A DNA stretch of 9,411 nt from a virus (Duplodnaviria; Heunggongvirae; Uroviricota; Caudoviricetes), in IMG/VR virus record IMGVR_UViG_3300023290_000120. The stretch is one strand, 5' to 3'. The position numbers and the translations under genes are program-made. Below, one piece after another: positions 7,148 through 9,411 of this stretch (its first letter is position 1; each line of letters starts with the position of its first letter). The notes below the pieces were generated by a model. That model did not search any database, had not been told where the DNA came from, and was given only the letters and a program-made list of their open reading frames with translations.

Positions 7148-7567
7148 TCGTGTTTCCGCTTCGCCGGAGCGCCTTTTCGCGCCATGTGATGAGTTCAGTC
7201 AGGCTCATGGGATACAGTTCTGATGGCGGCCAGTGAAATATCACTGCCACATCCGCCATCAGGTCATCGACCGAGAGATTTTTCGGAAACGTCACTGCAC
7301 CGAGTTCGGCGACAAAAAACCGACCACCTTACCGGCCAGCGCCACAAGGTCAGGCAGTTCCAGCGCGGCGACTTCCTGCTCGGTCAGCATCGGTGCCGTC
7401 ATGCGCGGCAGCACTTTAATCAGTGCATCGACTTCGGAGTTCGCGACTGCAGCCAGACTGACACCGCGCAGCGTCCCGGCATTGGGTTTCATCAGCGTGA
7501 CCTGTTCGATAACCTGCTCACCACGTTTGACCGGATTGTCTAGGGTAATGACGTTTTCTTTGTTCAT
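7140..7567 (-). CDS. E+E': P2 E+E' tail assembly chaperone made by -1 programmed frameshift, 142 aa
   Basis: After a -1 slip at TTTTTTG the frame stays open for 57 codons (VAELGAVTFPKNLSVDDLMADVAVIFHWPPSELYPMSLTELITWREKALRRSGNTNE) and ends at TAA (7140-7142) inside the T start as ATGAGTAA. Total length is 85 + 57 = 142 aa. I translated this by hand from the reverse complement. Confidence 0.75.
7292..7567 (-). CDS. E: P2 gpE-like tail assembly chaperone (zero-frame product), 91 aa
   Basis: 91-aa ORF between FII and T ending ...GFLSPNSVQ, with stop TGA at 7292-7294. Confidence 0.85.
   Translation of the reverse strand: MNKENVITLDNPVKRGEQVIEQVTLMKPNAGTLRGVSLAAVANSEVDALIKVLPRMTAPMLTEQEVAALELPDLVALAGKVVGFLSPNSVQ
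7313..7319 (-). other. Slippery heptamer T TTT TTG (- strand) for the E to E+E' frameshift
   Basis: The + strand caaaaaa at 7313-7319 gives - strand TTTTTTG, placed 6 codons before the E stop. This is the T6G motif described for the P2 E/E' frameshift. Confidence 0.7.
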
Positions 7568-7595
7568 GGTTTTCTCACTTCTGAATCGGGGTTAA

Positions 7596-7616
7596 CCGGT
7601 CAGCCAGGCTGACCGG
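7596..7616 (-). other. Perfect 9-bp stem-loop (ccggtcagc / cag / gctgaccgg) between the FII stop and the E start
   Basis: Read directly from the sequence. It sits 8 nt after the FII stop and 28 nt before the E ATG, with no U-run. It could protect the 3' end of the upstream FI-FII message or reduce translation of E and T. Confidence 0.35.
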
Positions 7617-7623
7617 ATGAAAA

Positions 7624-8142
7624 TCACAGGCCGATATTGCGGCGGTGTTGCTCCAGCCGGTCGACGCCGTTCACCTTCTCAATCATGTTGATGGTGTCGA
7701 TTTCGACCAGCTCCTTACCGTCCATCGTCAGCCGGAAATAGGTGCAGACCACGGAGATTTTCGACTCGGTGTCTTCTCCCTGTTTGCCCTCGCCGGTGTC
7801 GATTTCTTTCTGACGTCCACGCATGACCACCTCGACGGCCACCGTTTCGCCGGTATCGTCGCGCTGGTAAGAGCCTGCAAAACGAATCGGTACGGCATCC
7901 ACACCGGTTGCGGCGTAAAGCTCCCAGATAACCGAATCCGGGAAGCCACCGAGCGACCACTCCATTGACAGCGCATCGTCATCAAGGCCGAGGTCTACCG
8001 GTGCGCTGCCGTTCATCCCCGCACCGCGATAGTTTTCGAGCTTACGGGTCAGTTTTGGCAGCGTGACGGACTTCGCGACGCCCTGATAGCTGTAGCCGTT
8101 CAGAAAGACGTTCATTAACTTGAGTTTGCGCGGCATTGCCAT
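7624..8142 (-). CDS. FII: P2 gpFII-like major tail tube protein, 172 aa
   Basis: 172-aa ORF immediately downstream of FI with a 12-nt spacer containing GGAG. Size and position match P2 FII. Confidence 0.9.
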   Translation of the reverse strand: MAMPRKLKLMNVFLNGYSYQGVAKSVTLPKLTRKLENYRGAGMNGSAPVDLGLDDDALSMEWSLGGFPDSVIWELYAATGVDAVPIRFAGSYQRDDTGETVAVEVVMRGRQKEIDTGEGKQGEDTESKISVVCTYFRLTMDGKELVEIDTINMIEKVNGVDRLEQHRRNIGL

Positions 8143-8154
8143 CGGTCAGGCTCC

Positions 8155-9345
8155 TTAATTGCTGTTAACCGAGGTGACCAGATTTGCCAGGTATTTATCA
8201 GTAATACGCTGGCGCAGGGTCAGGTTTTCAAGAGGAGGCACCGGGGTATAGTCGTAGTCGATATACAGTTTTCCGGCCTTGAGGGTTTCCGCATCGTTGG
8301 ATTCTTCGCTGAACCAGCAGGTCGCATCCACGATATAGCCGTTTGTTTTCAGCTCACGGAATTTGGCATTGATGCCGTCAACGATGTCGCGAATCAGCGT
8401 TGCGGTGATGGGCTTGTCCACCGCCCACATGTGCGCCTCAGCCATCGTGTCGGCCAGCACCTGCGCGGTGCGGGTGTAGTTTTCAAAGAGGAACAGCGGG
8501 TCATCAGAGCAGGTACGGTTACCCCAGAAGCGAAAACCGTCGCGGCGAATCAGCGTTGTGACGCCTGACTCGTTAAGCAGGTCAGCATCGGTGCCGGACT
8601 CCTGCAAATCCCAGAATACAGAGGCGCTGATGCCGGTAACACCGTTCACCCCGACATTGGACAGCGTTTTATGCCAGCCCTGCTCCTGGTCGATTTTAGC
8701 GCGCAGCCCCAGCGCACGGGCGGTGGCATACGCGGTGGCGGTGGTACTGGTGACCGTATCCCATGCGAGGAAATCCGGCCAGATGACCATCAGCTCACGC
8801 TGGCTGAAATTCTGACGGTAGGCTTTCACCTCGGAAATGGTTTTACAGCCCCATGCGCTGATATACCCGAAAGCGCGCAACTTCTGACAGACTGATGCCA
8901 GTGCAACAGCCACCTCTTTGGTGTCCAGTCCCGGCACGCCGAGAATACGCGGTTTAACACCGGTTACCGACTCCGCCGCCAGCAGGGCTTTCAGTCCGGT
9001 GTACTGACCGTTTTCGTCGGTGGTGCCGATGATATTGGAAACGGTCTGCGCGAGTTTCGTTTCCTCGTCGTCGCCGGTGCCGTCTTCCACACGCACGACA
9101 ACGGTGACCGGTTTTGACTGGTCGGCGATGGCCTGCAACGATGCCGCCAGCGTGCCTTTTTTACCGGCCTTTGCAATTGCGCTCTGCACATTGGTAATCA
9201 GCACAGGTTTATTGAGGGGGAAGGTTTCCGCATCCGCATCGCTGGCCGTGCAGACCATGCCGACAATGGCCGTGGATACGGTGGAAATGACGCGGGTGCC
9301 GTCGTTAATCTCCAGCACCTGCACGCCATGATGATAGTCACTCAT
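8155..9345 (-). CDS. FI: P2 gpFI-like contractile tail sheath protein, 396 aa
   Basis: 396-aa ORF, first gene of the FI-FII-E-T-U-D block. Size and position match the P2 sheath protein. Confidence 0.9.
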   Translation of the reverse strand: MSDYHHGVQVLEINDGTRVISTVSTAIVGMVCTASDADAETFPLNKPVLITNVQSAIAKAGKKGTLAASLQAIADQSKPVTVVVRVEDGTGDDEETKLAQTVSNIIGTTDENGQYTGLKALLAAESVTGVKPRILGVPGLDTKEVAVALASVCQKLRAFGYISAWGCKTISEVKAYRQNFSQRELMVIWPDFLAWDTVTSTTATAYATARALGLRAKIDQEQGWHKTLSNVGVNGVTGISASVFWDLQESGTDADLLNESGVTTLIRRDGFRFWGNRTCSDDPLFLFENYTRTAQVLADTMAEAHMWAVDKPITATLIRDIVDGINAKFRELKTNGYIVDATCWFSEESNDAETLKAGKLYIDYDYTPVPPLENLTLRQRITDKYLANLVTSVNSN

Positions 9346-9411
9346 CCGTTTAACTCTGAATCGCCACAGATAATCTAGACACTTCCGAGCCGCTGATAAT
9401 ATTGTTTTTCG
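9346..9411 (-). promoter_or_regulatory. FI leader and probable late promoter (P_F-like), truncated at the window edge
   Basis: On the - strand a TAGATT/GATTAT -10-like element lies about 25-30 nt upstream of the FI ATG. An Ogr-type TGT-N12-ACA site centred near -55 would straddle or lie beyond base 9411; only a possible ACA half (9402-9404) is visible. Confidence 0.3.

Larger units (their letters stand above)
2615..9411. mobile_element. P2-like (Peduovirus-type) prophage, ogr-proximal arm; continues past the right edge
   Basis: A contiguous - strand block ogr, D, U, T, E/E+E', FII, FI in canonical P2 order, with the att core at the host junction. The capsid, lysis, replication and integrase modules are not in this window. 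Confidence 0.9.

Noticed and set aside
6904-7595. + strand ORFs (60-120 aa) opposite T and E/E'
   Set aside because: The region is fully accounted for by T, E and the E' frameshift extension on the - strand.
7645-9331. Small ORFs on either strand nested within FII and FI
   Set aside because: They lie inside intact tail tube and sheath genes, are arginine-rich or low-complexity, and have no independent signals.
1-9411. Evidence for a novel multi-gene defence system inside the window
   Set aside because: Every sizeable ORF maps to a well-known family (YegP, ParD/ParE, YegQ, P2 tail and late-control genes). No unassigned gene cluster remains once the E' frameshift and CyaR are accounted for.

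Overview
This window spans a chromosome/prophage junction in an Escherichia coli-like genome. Bases 1-2641 are host backbone on the + strand: the 3' end of yegP, a ParD/ParE-like type II toxin-antitoxin pair in the yegP-yegQ intergenic space, yegQ (trhP, peptidase U32) and the CRP-dependent sRNA CyaR. The CyaR terminator contains a 27-bp P2-type attachment core (2615-2641). Bases 2642-9411 are the ogr-proximal arm of a P2-like prophage, all on the - strand in canonical P2 order FI, FII, E (E+E'), T, U, D, ogr. Protein lengths match the P2 prototypes as I recall them, the genes are tightly coupled, and the T6G -1 frameshift site that makes E+E' is present. All family assignments rest on reading the translations and on remembered sequences; no search was run. 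I did not find a gene in this window that lacks a confident family assignment, so I cannot support a claim of a new system inside it. The two best leads are the small TA insertion and the known P2 variable (anti-phage) locus upstream of FI, which would start just beyond the right edge.
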